This document shows, piece by piece, positions 1-12,984 of a DNA stretch of 64,000 bases (within the stretch, counting starts at the first letter, position 1; each line of letters starts with the position of its first letter). A program made the translations under genes and the position numbers. Under the pieces are notes generated by a model. That model ran no database searches and was not told where the DNA came from. It saw nothing but the letters and a program-made list of their open reading frames with translations. Origin of the DNA: Eledone cirrhosa (taxonomy: Eukaryota); NCBI GenBank assembly GCA_964016885.1, contig OZ024756.1, forward strand, positions 20,584,001 through 20,648,000. The letters run 5' to 3'.

Positions 1-74
1 TAGCTGTGTGTGTGTACATGTATATAGATGTATAGCTGTGTGTGTGTACATGTATATAGATGTATAGGTGTGTG

Positions 75-143
<69 letters not shown>

Positions 144-228
144 ATAGGTATGTGTGTGTGTACATGTATATAGATGTATAGCTGTGTGTGTGTACATGTA
201 TATAGATGTATAGGTGTGTGTGTATGTG

Positions 229-271
<43 letters not shown>

Positions 272-405
272 GTGTGTGTGTGTGTGTGTGTATAGGTATG
301 TGTGTGTGTACATGTATATAGATGTATAGCTGTGTGTGTGTACATGTATATAGATGTATAGGTGTGTGTGTATGTGTACATGTATATATAGATGTATTTG
401 TGTGT

Positions 406-453
<48 letters not shown>

Positions 454-617
454 GTACAGTTGCATGTATGTGTATGCATACATGTATACATATGTAGACC
501 AGTATATGTGTACATGTTTCTATCTGTGTATGCCTGTGTGTGTGTGTGTGTGTGTGACCTTTTGTGAATGTGTGGGTGTGTATTATATGTGTGCATGTTC
601 ATTCATGTAAGAGTAAT

Positions 618-985
618 ATGTGTGTGTTTTTACATGCTTGCAAGTATGTGCATGTGTGTGTGTGTGTGTTTTTACATGCTTGCAAGTATGTGCATGTGTG
701 TGTGTGTGTGTGTGTGCGTTTTTACATGCTTGCAAGTATGTGCATGTGTGTGTGTGTTTTTACATGCTTGCAAGTATGTGCATGTGTGTGTGTGTGTGTT
801 TTACATGCTTGCAAGTATGTGCATGCATGTGTGTGTTTTTACATGCTTGCAAGTATGTGCATGTGTGTGTGTTTTTACATGCTTGCAAGTATGTGCATGT
901 GTGTGTGTGAGTGTGTTTTTACATGCTTGCAAGTATGTGCATGTGTGTGTGTGTGTGTGTGTTTTTACATGCTTGCAAGTATGTA
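618..985. repeat. Tandem repeat TTTTACATGCTTGCAAGTATGTGCA(TG)n, about 9 copies
   Basis: Directly visible. Confidence 0.9.
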
Positions 986-1185
986 TCAATTGGTGTATGT
1001 TTGCATATGTGCTTTTTTGTTTATGCGTGTATGTTAATGCAACATGAAAGGAACTGAAAGGGTTAAATACATTTGTACAAGTGCATCAATGTATGTGTGC
1101 ATACATGTGTGTGCATTTGTCACTAAAATTATGTATATAAAGTTCTGCTTGTATATATGTGTTTATATATATATATATATATATC

Positions 1186-1412
1186 ACTGATGGGTGAAGA
1201 AGTGCCAGGAAATGCCAGTTGAAGGAAGACGTGGTAGAGGTAGACCACGAAAAACATGGGCGGAGGTGGTGAGAACAGACCTCAGATCATTGAAGCTCAC
1301 GGTGGAGATGACGAAGGACCGTGACGAGTGGAGAGATGCTGTGCTGAATAAGACCCATCCCACCCTTGCAAGCAGGGAAAAGCGGACTAAAATGATGATG
1401 ATGATGATGATG
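1186..1412 (+). mobile_element. RTE-clade LINE 3' end fragment with (ATG)n tail
   Basis: Peptide VEGRRGRGRPRKTWAEVVRTDL...DRDEWR is the typical RTE ORF C-terminus. Ends in ATG repeats. Confidence 0.8.
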
Positions 1413-2198
1413 ATATATATATATATATAAATAAACACATATATACAAGGAGTTTTCTTCGGACTTACTGAACCTTTTATATATATATATATAAAAGGTT
1501 CAGTAAGTCCGAAGAAAACTGTTTGGTAACTCCGGAGAAAGCTGGTGAGAGTATCAATGTCAGCACTCAATGCAGAGCAGAGTGTGTATGATAAGAACAA
1601 AGTAGAGGTGTTACATATGAGATTTATTGCTCAACCCAGTTACAAATGTTTCCCCAGGCAGCCGGCTCGTGATCTGGGGTCATCATCCCAGACCAGACTC
1701 CAAGCCTGCCTGATCCTCAGACCAGTGTTAACACAACAAAAATCACATCAAATCTGAAGACGAACCAGCCAGACGCAAACAAGTCTATAGAATGTCCAAT
1801 CACGGGCTTAGAATCCAACGGACACACATATCCTGAGTATTACAAGAAAATAACCGTTATATATATATATATATATAGTGTTTTTGAAGAAGACGGCCTA
1901 TTGAACAGGGATTTTGAGACTATAATAGGCAGTAACTTAACCACTGCCATGCTAGTCGTTACATTGATCTCCACCAATCAATCGACCCTTTGAAACGACC
2001 ATAAAACAATAAACTAACTATCTACCTACACCCGACTTCTGTTTTTTTATTGTTCTATGCACACACACACATATATATATATATAGAGAGAGAGTATATC
2101 ATGTATTTTAATAATGCCCACACTGATGATTTGACAAAACAATAAAACATGTCTCTCTGGTGAGACATATCTGTTAGTGTAATAAATAACTATATATA

Positions 2199-2544
2199 GA
2201 GACACATGGCTTAGTGGTTAGAGCATTGGCCTTGCAATCGAAAGGTTGAGAGTTCAATTCTCAGACCGGGTGATGTGTTGTTTCCTTGAGCAAGACACTT
2301 TATTTCACATTGCTCCAGTTTACTCAGCTGTAGAAATGAGATGATAGGGGCTGGAGTCCCTATCATTCCACTGCAAAGTGGTCGTGGAGGTGCCACAGCA
2401 AAAAAGCACCCAGCACTCACTGTAAATGAGGTTGGTGTTAGGAAGGGCATCCAGCTGTAGAAATCAAGCCAGAATCAGTTCCCGTCCCACCCTTGCAAGC
2501 AGGGAAAAAGCGGACGTAAAATGAAATGATGATGAAATGATGAT
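2199..2544 (+). mobile_element. tRNA-derived SINE (family 1) with RTE-derived tail
   Basis: A box TGGCTTAGTGG, B box GAGTTCAATTC, central TCCTTGAGCAAGACACTT domain, tail shared with the RTE at about 1359-1412. Four near-identical copies in the window. Confidence 0.85.
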
Positions 2545-2547
2545 ATA

Positions 2548-2848
2548 GGTAGAGAGTCGGACACCATGCTTTGAAACAGAGTTACGTCCCTTTATGATCT
2601 GAGTTCAAATCCTGCCGAGGTTAACTTTGCCTTTCATCCTTACGGGGTCGATAAAATAAAGTACCAGTAATGCACTGAGTAATTTGCTGGCCTTGTGCCA
2701 AAAAGTAGAAACAATTATTATTCCATTCTGAGTTCAAATCCCGCCAAGGTTAACTTTGCCTTTCATCCTTACGGGGTCGATAAAATAAAGAACCAGTAAT
2801 GTACTGGGTAATTGCTGGCCTTGTGCCAAAAGTAGAAACAATTATTAT
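2548..2848 (+). mobile_element. SINE family 2 with tandemly duplicated 3' half
   Basis: GAGTTCAAATCC..GAGGTTAACTTTGCCTTTCATCCTTACGGGGTCGATAAAATAAAGTACCAG core, ending in (ATT)n. Other copies at about 18391-18583, 27850-27927, 28364-28565, 30550-30657(-), 44441-44590, 58020-58165(-) and 59660-59735. Confidence 0.75.
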
Positions 2849-3202
2849 TTATACTTATATATACACTATATATAATTATAAACAGGAAAGGTCAGTAATT
2901 CATTACCACCTTATTACTAATAAGAAAAATAGCTCAAATGTTTTACAGAGCCGGAATATAAATTACAGAATAATCAAAACTATGTTCAAAACATTTTGAA
3001 CATCATCATCATCAACTTCATCGTTTAACGTCTATCTTCCACACTAGCATGGGTTTAGACGGCGGTTTTGATTATTCTGTAATTTATATAAATATATATT
3101 CTTTTTTTTTGTTTTGGATTATGTTATACATAAGCCTTGCATCTTCGAAATATATATATAATAAAATAAATAGAGATGATCTAAAATAATTATCTTTTTT
3201 TT

Positions 3203-3279
<77 letters not shown>

Positions 3280-3554
3280 CATATATATATATATGTCTGT
3301 GTGTTCAAGAAGAAGGAGGACGTTAGCTTTTTCTGCAGCATATCACATAATTGGATTTTCATCTGAAGATATTGTTCCCATACCAACAACAAATACATAC
3401 GTTACATCTTGGATTACATAAAGGAACCATTGAAATAATTATAATGAATAAACGATTTATGTAACACACACACACACACACACATATAAACACACACACA
3501 CACACACATCACCCTTGCAAGCAGGGAAGAGCGGACGTAAAATGATGATGATGA

Positions 3555-3600
<46 letters not shown>

Positions 3601-3855
3601 ACTCATCATCATCATCATTTAATGTCTGTTTTCCCCCGCTAGCAAGGGCTGGATGGATCATTCACAGACACAGTCAGTACATAATCAGTATTACTGACCT
3701 CTGAGATGAACTAGGAGCCCTGCAACTTGTTTACATATATTCACACCACACTTTACAGAGTGGGTGCTTTTCAATGTAGCACCAGCACATCATCGTTTTA
3801 TGTCCATTTCCCACACCAACATGAGTTAGACAAGGGTATGAACCATATATATATA

Positions 3856-4247
3856 TCATCATCATCATCATACGTCCGCTTTTCCCTGCTTGCAAGGGTG
3901 GGACGGGAACTGATTCTGGCTTGATCTCTACAGCTGGATGCCCTTCCTAACACCAACCTCATTTACAGTGAGTGCTGGGTGCTTTTTTTTTTTCCGTGCC
4001 ACCTCCACGACCACTCTACAGTATGGGCTGGGTGCTTTTTTTTTGCCGTGGCACCTCCACGACCACTTTGCAGTGGAATGATAGGGACCCCAGTCCCTAT
4101 CATCTCATTTCTACAGCTGAGTAAACTGGAGCAATGTGAAATAAAGTGTCTTGCTCAAGGAAACAACACATCACCCGGTCTGAGAATTGAACTCACAACC
4201 TTTCGATTGCAAGGCCAATGCTCTAACCACTAAGCCATGTGCCTCCA
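3856..4247 (-). mobile_element. tRNA-derived SINE (family 1), with an internal duplication
   Basis: Reverse complement of 2199-2544. Confidence 0.85.
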
Positions 4248-4423
4248 TGCCTATATATATATATAATTGGTGTGGGATGCTTAAAGCGTCCGTAAGTGGT
4301 AGGCCGATTGAGCACTCGATGCTCTTACAGAATATAATATTACATAAGAAACGGAGAATCAGTGGTGCTACGAATAAAATTTATTAGACATTCGTAGCAC
4401 CACTGATTCTCCGTTTCTTATGT

Positions 4424-4475
<52 letters not shown>

Positions 4476-4717
4476 CAAAGGGATATTTAATTTGTTGGTA
4501 ATTCAACAAATATATATATTTATAACAGATTCGAAGCACTTGACAGGTTTTCTGGAGTATAATATCAATGATATTAATAAATGGAAACTATATTTATAAA
4601 ACCATATTTATTCTATTATATATATTTCAAGGGTACCAAAACTTTGGTACGCTATCTGGTAAAACTTGAACCGTTAAGGTCTCATTCCTGGATAAGTCAA
4701 TATTTATAAAAACTCTG

Positions 4718-4778
4718 TATTTTATCTGATGAGAGCGTACCAAAGTTTTGGTACCCTTGAAATATATATAATAGAATA
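4718..4778 (+). ncRNA. Minimal type I hammerhead ribozyme motif (family A)
   Basis: Stem I TATTTTAT/ATAGAATA, CTGATGA at 4726-4732, stem II GAGCGTACC..GGTACCCTT, GAAA at 4759-4762, palindromic TATATA stem III, predicted cleavage after AUA (4770). Confidence 0.8.
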
Positions 4779-4819
4779 AATATGGTTTTATAAATATAGT
4801 TTCCATTTATTAATATCAT

Positions 4820-4857
<38 letters not shown>

Positions 4858-5729
4858 TTCATGAATAATTTTTCCAAACATAAAACATCTCAGGTGACGA
4901 ACGGTGTCTCAAGTAATGAACACGCAAACCAGCAACAACAGTTGGCAACAAGCTGGGAGTATTGGTGGGAAAGTGTCACTTGCTGTGTAGTTAGTTACTA
5001 TGGTGATATTTATCTGTCTTTCACAGTCCCCCTCTCTCTCTCTCTCTGTCTGTATTTTTCTCTCAACATTTTGTATGGGAAAAGGTTTTGGTTTACAAAC
5101 ACTTCAGTTGACAAACAGCTTTCAGGAATGAATTAAGTTTGTGAACCAAAGTTCCACTAAATGTGTATAATACCTGTACACACACACACACGCAAATACA
5201 CAAATATACATATACACACATAAATATACAAATATATCATCATCATCATCATCACCATCACCATTCTACGTCCATTCTTCCACGCGAGCATGGGTTAGAT
5301 TGGGTTGTCCTGTTGTGGGCAATGCCAGGTCGGGTGACCTTGTCTTGCTCATATGGGAACTGATTTTGGATTGATTTCTACAGCTGGATGGCCTTCCAAT
5401 ATATATACACACATAAATACACAAATATACATACACACACACACACATAAATACACAAATATACATACACACACACATAAATACAAATATATATACACAC
5501 ATAAATACACAAATATACATACACACACATAAATACACAAATATACATACACACACATAAATACACAAATATACATACATATACACACATAAATACAAAT
5601 ATACATACATATGCACACATAAATACACAAATATACATACATATGCACACACAAATACATAAATATACATATGTACACACACAAATATCTATATCTATAT
5701 ACATGTACATACACACAAACATGTATGTG

Positions 5730-5785
<56 letters not shown>

Positions 5786-5815
5786 CATATATACATACAT
5801 ATATATATATATATG

Positions 5816-6195
5816 GTGGCTGCCAACTCGTTTTCGAGTACGGCCACTACTTTATATCCATGTAGGAGAAACCCTACCGAAGCGCTGAACGAGTGACTTT
5901 TTAGTCCAGCCAGCGACTTGAAAACTCTGGTACAAACACTACACTTGTGACAATTATTGACACATAGTGCTGGGCCCATGGTACCATGTGACAAGTGCAG
6001 AGAGATCTCCAGATATAAAGCAATGCCTGTGCCGTGAAGCTTTTATAGTGAGCAAAGGCACTGCACAAAGCCAGTCCCACTCTCTTAACCAAGATGATAT
6101 TTACCAAAAAGAAGAACAAGTCAACATCATTGGATACCATCAGGGTTGCAGGTGTTATATCAGAGTTTTCCTTCTCCTAGAATTCTGCCTGACAT
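5816..6195 (-). mobile_element. LINE 3' end fragment with C2H2-like finger (RTE-like); second, longer copy at 38399-38971 (+)
   Basis: Peptide [19 protein letters not shown]. Two highly similar copies in opposite orientation, both within microsatellites. Confidence 0.65.
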
Positions 6196-6981
6196 AATAT
6201 ATATACATACATATATACATACATATATATATGTAGTCAGTTATACTTATTGATATGTGTGTGGGAGAAAAGTTGATTTCCAAACACATGATGCTGCTGC
6301 TACTGATGGTGATGGCGGTGGTGGGGAGGATGGTAGTGGTGGCGATGGGGAGGATGGTGGTGGTGGTGGCGATGAGGAGGATGGTGGTGGTGATGGTAAT
6401 TGATAATTTAGAGTAGTGAAGTAGTAGTGACTGATAATGTTGGTAGTAGTAGTGGTGGTGGTGACGATAATGCTGGTAGTAGTAGTGGTGGTGGTGGTGG
6501 TGGTGGTGGTGGTGGTATATGAGCCAACCAGCAGACATAGTAAAAGGTGTTGGTGCTGGTAGAAGTAGTAGAGTAGGTGAAAGGAGAAATGAAAGAACTT
6601 TTGTTAGGTGGTGATGGTGTTGGTGGTGGTAGAGGTGGTGGTGGTGGTGGTAGAGGTGGTGGTGGTGGTGATGGTGGTGGTAGAGGTGGTGGTGGTGGTG
6701 GTAGAGGTGGTGGAAGGAAGAAGTTGGGGGGAAAGGTTGCTTTGCCATTGATGAGAAGGAAAAACTGAAGATTGCACACAGCAAGAAACATAAGAACTGA
6801 CATTGAAGGTAGACAGATGGGGTGGATGACATAATGGTGGGTATGAATGGTGGGGGAACCACTGCTCATAGGGAAATGCCTATCTCTCTCACACATATCT
6901 ACATACACACATATACCTATATAATGTACATGCATGCGTGTGTGTCTCTCTCTCTCTGTATATATACATATATACATATAT

Positions 6982-7320
6982 GGAGGCACATGGCTTAGTG
7001 GTTAGAGCATTGGCTTTGCAATCGAAAGGTTGCGAGTTCAATTCTCAGACTGGGTGATGTGTTGTTTCCTTGAGCAAGACACTTTATTTCATATTCCTCC
7101 AATTTACTCAGATGTAGAAATGAGATGATAGGGACTGGGGTCCCTATCATTCCACTGCAAAGTGGTCGTGGAGGTGCCACGGCAAAAAAGCACCCAGCAC
7201 TCACTGTAAATGAGGTTGGTGTTAGGAAGGGCATCCAGCTGTAGAAATCAAGCCAGAATCAGTTCCCGTCCCACCCTTGCAAGCAGGGAAAAAGTGGACG
7301 TAAAATGAAATGATGATGAT
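6982..7320 (+). mobile_element. tRNA-derived SINE (family 1)
   Basis: Near-identical to 2199-2544, flanked by (TA)n. Confidence 0.85.
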
Positions 7321-8609
7321 ATATATATCTAACCCATGCTAGCGTGGAAGAACGGACGTAAAACGGTGATGATGATGATATATATCTGTGTGTGTCATAT
7401 ATATATATAGATAAGATCCCAGACCTCATCAAATCGGACCGAGGAAACAATGTTTCCATTGGTCTTTCCAGTTGCTAATACTATCTACCAGTCGCAAATC
7501 TAGACAGAAGGGGCAACATGAAATAAAGTGTCTTGCTCAAGGATACAACATATCGCCCAGTCCAGTTCTGAACTCAAGATTGTGAATATAATTTCTAACC
7601 ATTCAGCCATGCCCTTTCACACATATATATATATAAACACATATGTATGTATATCATCGTGATCCTTTTATGGCTACGTCCAAATCTAGCATGGGTTGGA
7701 TGAGCTGTCACAGTCCAAGACTAAATGGGTGAAAGAGCCCACATCTTGCTCATATGTTCCATATTTGGTGTGGTTTCTATGGCTGGATGCCCTTCAAAAT
7801 ACCAACCACCTTACAGAGGGTAGTGGTACTAGCACTACCACATTACTGAGTAGATAGGGTTCAGTTTATCATGGCACCAGCTCTATCATTTTTCTGAGGT
7901 GGATGAAGGGTTGAGGAGGGGGGGTACTAGGTACATTTTATTGTGACACCAGCACTAGAGAGGTTATCAGACTGAAGACTCCTCTCAAACCCATTAATGT
8001 CTTCCTTTCATTGCTAAACATCATAGCTTCTGGTCTTACATCACATTTTAGTGTCACAGTGCTTCTACTGGTGGGTGAGTCATTTGTATTATCGTTCCTT
8101 GAAGTCATTCTTCACAACATTACTCCATGTCTTTCTTGATCTCCTTCTTCCACATGTTCCATCCATTTCAAGTGCTTGGCATCTTTTTTTTCTACAACTG
8201 TTGCTCCCCTCATGCATCATATGACAATACCAGCACAATTGTCTCTCTCTCTAGCATGCTACATTCATTTCATCTTATTCTCAGCTTTTCTATCAATTAT
8301 TTGTGTTCTGTCATTCATACAAAGTAACATTACACATCAAACAAAGCATGCATGCCTCATTTATTTTTACTGCTGCAAATCTTCTGCACTTAAACACATG
8401 CATCAATTAATCTGCCTTTTACTTTGAGAGAGAAGCCCTTTGTTTCCAGCAGAGTTATCACTCCCTGAATTTATTCCACCCTTTTCTCACTTTAGCTACG
8501 ACACTTTAGCTACATTCACCTCCACTGCTAATGAGGTTACCTATTTAGCAAGAACTTTCTATCATTTATAATGAACCTTCTGAACATTCTAAAAGTCTAA
8601 AGTCTGTCA

Positions 8610-8855
8610 AGCCCAGAAGCTCATCAAGCCAGTATTTACTCAGGTGTTAAGCGACTGAGAGTACATGACTTCCCCCTGGATAGGACACCAGTCTATCACA
8701 GGATTAAACCCCTAGCTATTGCTGGTACTCATTTTCAGTTGAGTATACTGGAGCAACATGAAATAAAGTGTTTTTGCTCAAGAACACAACACACCCCAGT
8801 CCAGGGATTGAACCTGCAACATTATGATTCTAAGTCCAACACTCTTACCACTAGT
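8610..8855 (-). mobile_element. SINE family 3 (copies at about 48390-48730 and 53975-54232)
   Basis: Shared GACTGAGAGTAC..GCTGGTACTCATTTTCAGxTGAGTATACTGGAGCAAC..TTGCTCAAGAACACAAC. tRNA-like head on the minus strand in the 54 kb copy. Confidence 0.7.
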
Positions 8856-9139
8856 GAAGTATATCTCTTGTGTATCCTTACTGTCGACTACTCCTGTGCA
8901 TCTGTTACATATAAAGTCTACTCTTTCTGTCAACCTTCCTGTAATCCCACCACATCTTCTGTATGTCCCCTGTCTCCACTGGGTACAACCGAATCCTATT
9001 ACAGATCACAACACCGTACAACCCTCCCCACCACTTCAGATATTTCCACAACATTGCTACATGGCAAACATGTTTAATGATTTATTTATTGATTGCAGGA
9101 AATTACAATATATTTAAGTTAATTATACAAATACAAATT

Positions 9140-9685
9140 TGTATAAACCACAAAACTTTAAGTTTCAGTAATGCACCTCTCTGAAGTCTGTGCCCTAGAT
9201 CGCTGCCATGTTGGCCTACATTGAAGTACCAGCCCTCTATAAACCATAAACCTTTAAGGTTTAGTAAAGTATCTCTTTGAAATCTGAGCCAAGTTGGCCT
9301 TAATAGTGGCCCCAGCCCTATATAAACCCCAAACCTTTAAGGTAATGTGCTCTAGGTAGCTTCCAAGTTGGCCTTAATAGTAGCACCAGCTCTGTATAAA
9401 ACCCACAAACCTTTAAGATTTAGTAAAGTACCTCTCTGAAATCTGTGCCCTAGATGGCTACCAAGTTAGCCTTAATTGTAGTACCAACTCTGTATAAAAC
9501 CCCAAACCTTTAAGGTTTAGTAAAGTACCTCTCTGCAATCTGTGCCCTAGGTAGCTGCCAAGTTAGCCTTAATTGTAACACCAGCCCTGTATAAAAACCC
9601 CAAACCTTTAATGTTCAGTAAAGTACATCTCTGAAGTCTGTGCCCTAGATGGCTGCCAAGTTGACCTTAATAGTAGCACCAGACC
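9140..9685. repeat. Minisatellite, about 80-95 bp unit, about 6 copies
   Basis: Recurring AAACCTTTAAG..AGTAAAGTACCTCTCTGAA..TGTGCCCTAG..CCAAGTTGGCCTTAAT. Confidence 0.85.
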
Positions 9686-10150
9686 TAGGTCACTATCATC
9701 AATTCAAATTCTTGAAGGTAGTGCTCCAGCATGGCCACAGTCCAATGAATGAAACCAGTAAATGATAGAAAAACAAAGCCGCGTTACACAGAGAAACAAG
9801 ACATATATATATATATATATATATATATAGCATTAGACTAGATTATAAATAACTAAATTCCACTAACTAAATGTTGTGGTCCAACAGGTTAATGTGTGTG
9901 TCTATATATGTGTATATTTATCTTGTCTTGTGTGTAGATGTGTGTATATGTGCGTGTATATATCTTGTCTTGTGTGTAGATGTGTGTATATGTGCGTGTA
10001 TATATCTTGTTTTGTGTGTAGATGTGTGTATATGTGCGTGTATATATCTTGTTTTGTGTGTAGATGTATATGTGTGTGTATCTTGTCTTGTGTGTAGATG
10101 TATATGTGTGTATCTTGTTTTGAGCATGTATGTGTCTATGTGTGTCTGTA

Positions 10151-10185
<35 letters not shown>

Positions 10186-10668
10186 ATGTATGTGTGTGTG
10201 TGTGTGTGTGTGGATGGTTGGGTGTTTCCACATCTATGTGTATATATGTGTTCGTATGTATGTGAATCTGTGTGTGTCTGTGGATGGATGTTTACACACA
10301 CATATGTGTGTATATATGTGTGTGTGTGTATATGTATGTGTGTATCTGTATGTGAGCATGTTTGTGTGTTTGTGTGTGAGTGTGGATGGGTGTTTCCACA
10401 CATGTATGTGTATATGTGTATGTATGTGTATCTGTGAGTGTGTGTGGATGGATGTTTACACACACGTATATGTTTGTGCGTGTGTGTATATATGTGTGCG
10501 TGTGTGTGTATATGTATGTGTGTATCTGTTTATGTGAGCATGTTTGTGTGGATGGTCGGGTGTTTCCACATGTATGGGTATGTATGTGTATATATGTGTT
10601 CGTATGTATGTGTATCTGTGTGTGTGTGTGGATGGATGTTTACACACACATATGTATGAGTGTATATA

Positions 10669-10705
<37 letters not shown>

Positions 10706-11421
10706 CTCTGCGCATGTTATATTAATACAGCAAAGACAATTAGTTAAACATTGGAGTCTGAAAATAACTCCACAAACAAGATCAATCAGTTGTCATCACT
10801 TTCATTGACGTCAAAGAACAACAAGAAGACAGGAAAGACCTGACATTAAATATAGAAATAAACAACTAAATACACTGTTTTGTTTGGGGATTTATGACTG
10901 GGAGCACACACACACACCCACACCCATCTCCTCCCTGCGCCCCCTCACTTGATAGATTGACCAACAGATTTCCTTGCAGTAGTTGTTCCCACTTGTTCCC
11001 TGAGCTTGGAGTTCAAATCTCACTGCTACATTTGTTATTGAATCGACCTCAGAGGGTTTTCAACTGAGAGAGGCTGAGGACTGGAATGAATACTGCAAAT
11101 AATTCTGTCTGACGTTCTAACAACTCTGCCAATGACCCTATGTGTGTGTAAAAATATATATATACTAGCAGAATGGCCCGGCGTTGCTCGGGATTCTAAA
11201 CATAGATTGGCATGTTTATCCCTCCTTTCTGAAACAGTACAGAGAAGCACGGAATACCTCGGCCTGGGGATGGTGTCTACGTTTTGTGCTTATAAAAAAA
11301 AATTTGTCATAGATTACCAGGGGTTTAACTTAATTGGGTGCCTGAGAGTAAAATGTTCAACCCTCGAAAGCCAAGACGATAGGGTTAAGTAAAAAGGCAT
11401 TCGACAAACCAAACATGTATT

Positions 11422-12262
11422 TGTTGTGCTATGGTACAATGAAAGCAATAGTTACAGAGCAGTAAGCATGTGGGACTGCAGTGGTGGAGAGTGGTGTTGT
11501 CTTACTGTAGTGCTATGGTACAATGAAAGCAATAGTTACAGAGCAGTAAGCATGTGGGACTGCAGTGGTGGAGGGTGGTGTTGTCTTACTGTAGTGCTAT
11601 GGTACAATGAAAGCAATAGTTACAGAGCAGTAACCATGTGGGACTGCAGAGGTGGAGAGTGGTGTTGTCTTACTGTTGTGCTATGGTACAATGAAAGCAA
11701 TAGTTACAGAGCAGTAACCATGTGGGACTGCAGTGGTGGAGAGTGGTGTTGTCTTACTGTTGTGCTATGGTACAATGAAAGCAATAGTTACAGAGCAGTA
11801 AGTATGTGGGACTGCAGTGGTGGAGAGTGGTGTGGTCTTACTGTTGTGCTATGGTACAATGAAAGCAATAGTTACAGAGCAGTAAGCATGTGGGACTGCA
11901 GTGGTGGAGGGTGGTGTTGTCTTACTGTTGTGCTATGGTACAATGAAAGCAATAGTTACAGAGCAGTAAGCATGTGGGACTGCAGTGGTGGAGGGTGGTG
12001 TTGTCTTACTGTTGTGCTATGGTACAATGAAAGCAATAGTTACAGAGCAGTAACCATGTGGGACTGCAGTGGTGGAGGGTGGTGTTGTCTTACTGTTGTG
12101 CTATGGTACAATGAAAGCAATAGTTACAGAGCAGTAAGCATGTGGGACTGCAGTGGTGGAGGGTGGTGTTGTCTTACTGTTGTGCTATGGTACAATGAAA
12201 GCAATAGTTACAGAGCAGTAAGCATGTGGGACTGCAGTGGTGGAGAGTGGTGTGGTCTTACT
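11422..12262. repeat. 84-bp minisatellite, 10 copies
   Basis: Exact 84-nt period (420-nt offset equals 5 units). This explains the 28-aa repeat ORF at 11426-12310. Confidence 0.95.
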
Positions 12263-12469
12263 CCTTTCAATGTTTCATCGAATCTTCACCAATTGATGCA
12301 GAAGCCCTAATGAAAAGTGAAGTCCCCATGGGTGAATAGGCAAATAATTTTCCATTACGATTTTTCAAAAGCTTGTAATTGCGTTCCTTCTCTTTTTTGT
12401 AGTTGTTTTTGCTGCTGTTTATATTTTGTTTTTGTGTATGCAAAAATATCTGTACATGACACGAATATA

Positions 12470-12500
<31 letters not shown>

Positions 12501-12984
12501 TAACACAATAGATTAAAGTTTAAGCAAAGTATCGCTGCTTTAACCCTTAACGGGAACTTATATATTATCCTTATCGAGCCCGCTTTGGATTTTAGTCTTC
12601 ACATTTATTATTATTTATATATATGGTGTCCGACCCTCTACCGATACTGCCAATCCACCGCCTCATAATAAAAAAAATAATAATAATAAAATTATTGTGT
12701 ACAAGTGCTCAGGTATATATATATATATATATATATAAATATATATGTATATATATGTATAGAATGAGAGAGATAGGGACAGACAGACATTATAGAGACA
12801 GTCTTTATAGAGAGAGAGAGAGAGAGACATTATAGAGAGAGAGAGAGAGAAAGAGAGATACATTATAAAGAGAGATTTTAGAGACACAGAGACAGTTATA
12901 GAGAGAGAGAGAGAGAGAGTGTGTGTGTAGTTTAAAGAGTCTGGATGATAAAGTAATAGTAAAAGTAATCAAGATTGGACATGA

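Noticed and set aside
2199-2275. tRNA gene
   Set aside because: A and B boxes are present but continue into a SINE body and tail. No full cloverleaf.
6155-6989. Proline/histidine-rich (formin- or extensin-like) ORFs
   Set aside because: (GGT)n microsatellite with no flanking domain or convincing splice sites.
11426-12310. 294-aa Trp/Cys repeat ORF
   Set aside because: Product of an 84-bp (multiple of 3) minisatellite, with a GTG start and no splice context on the + strand.
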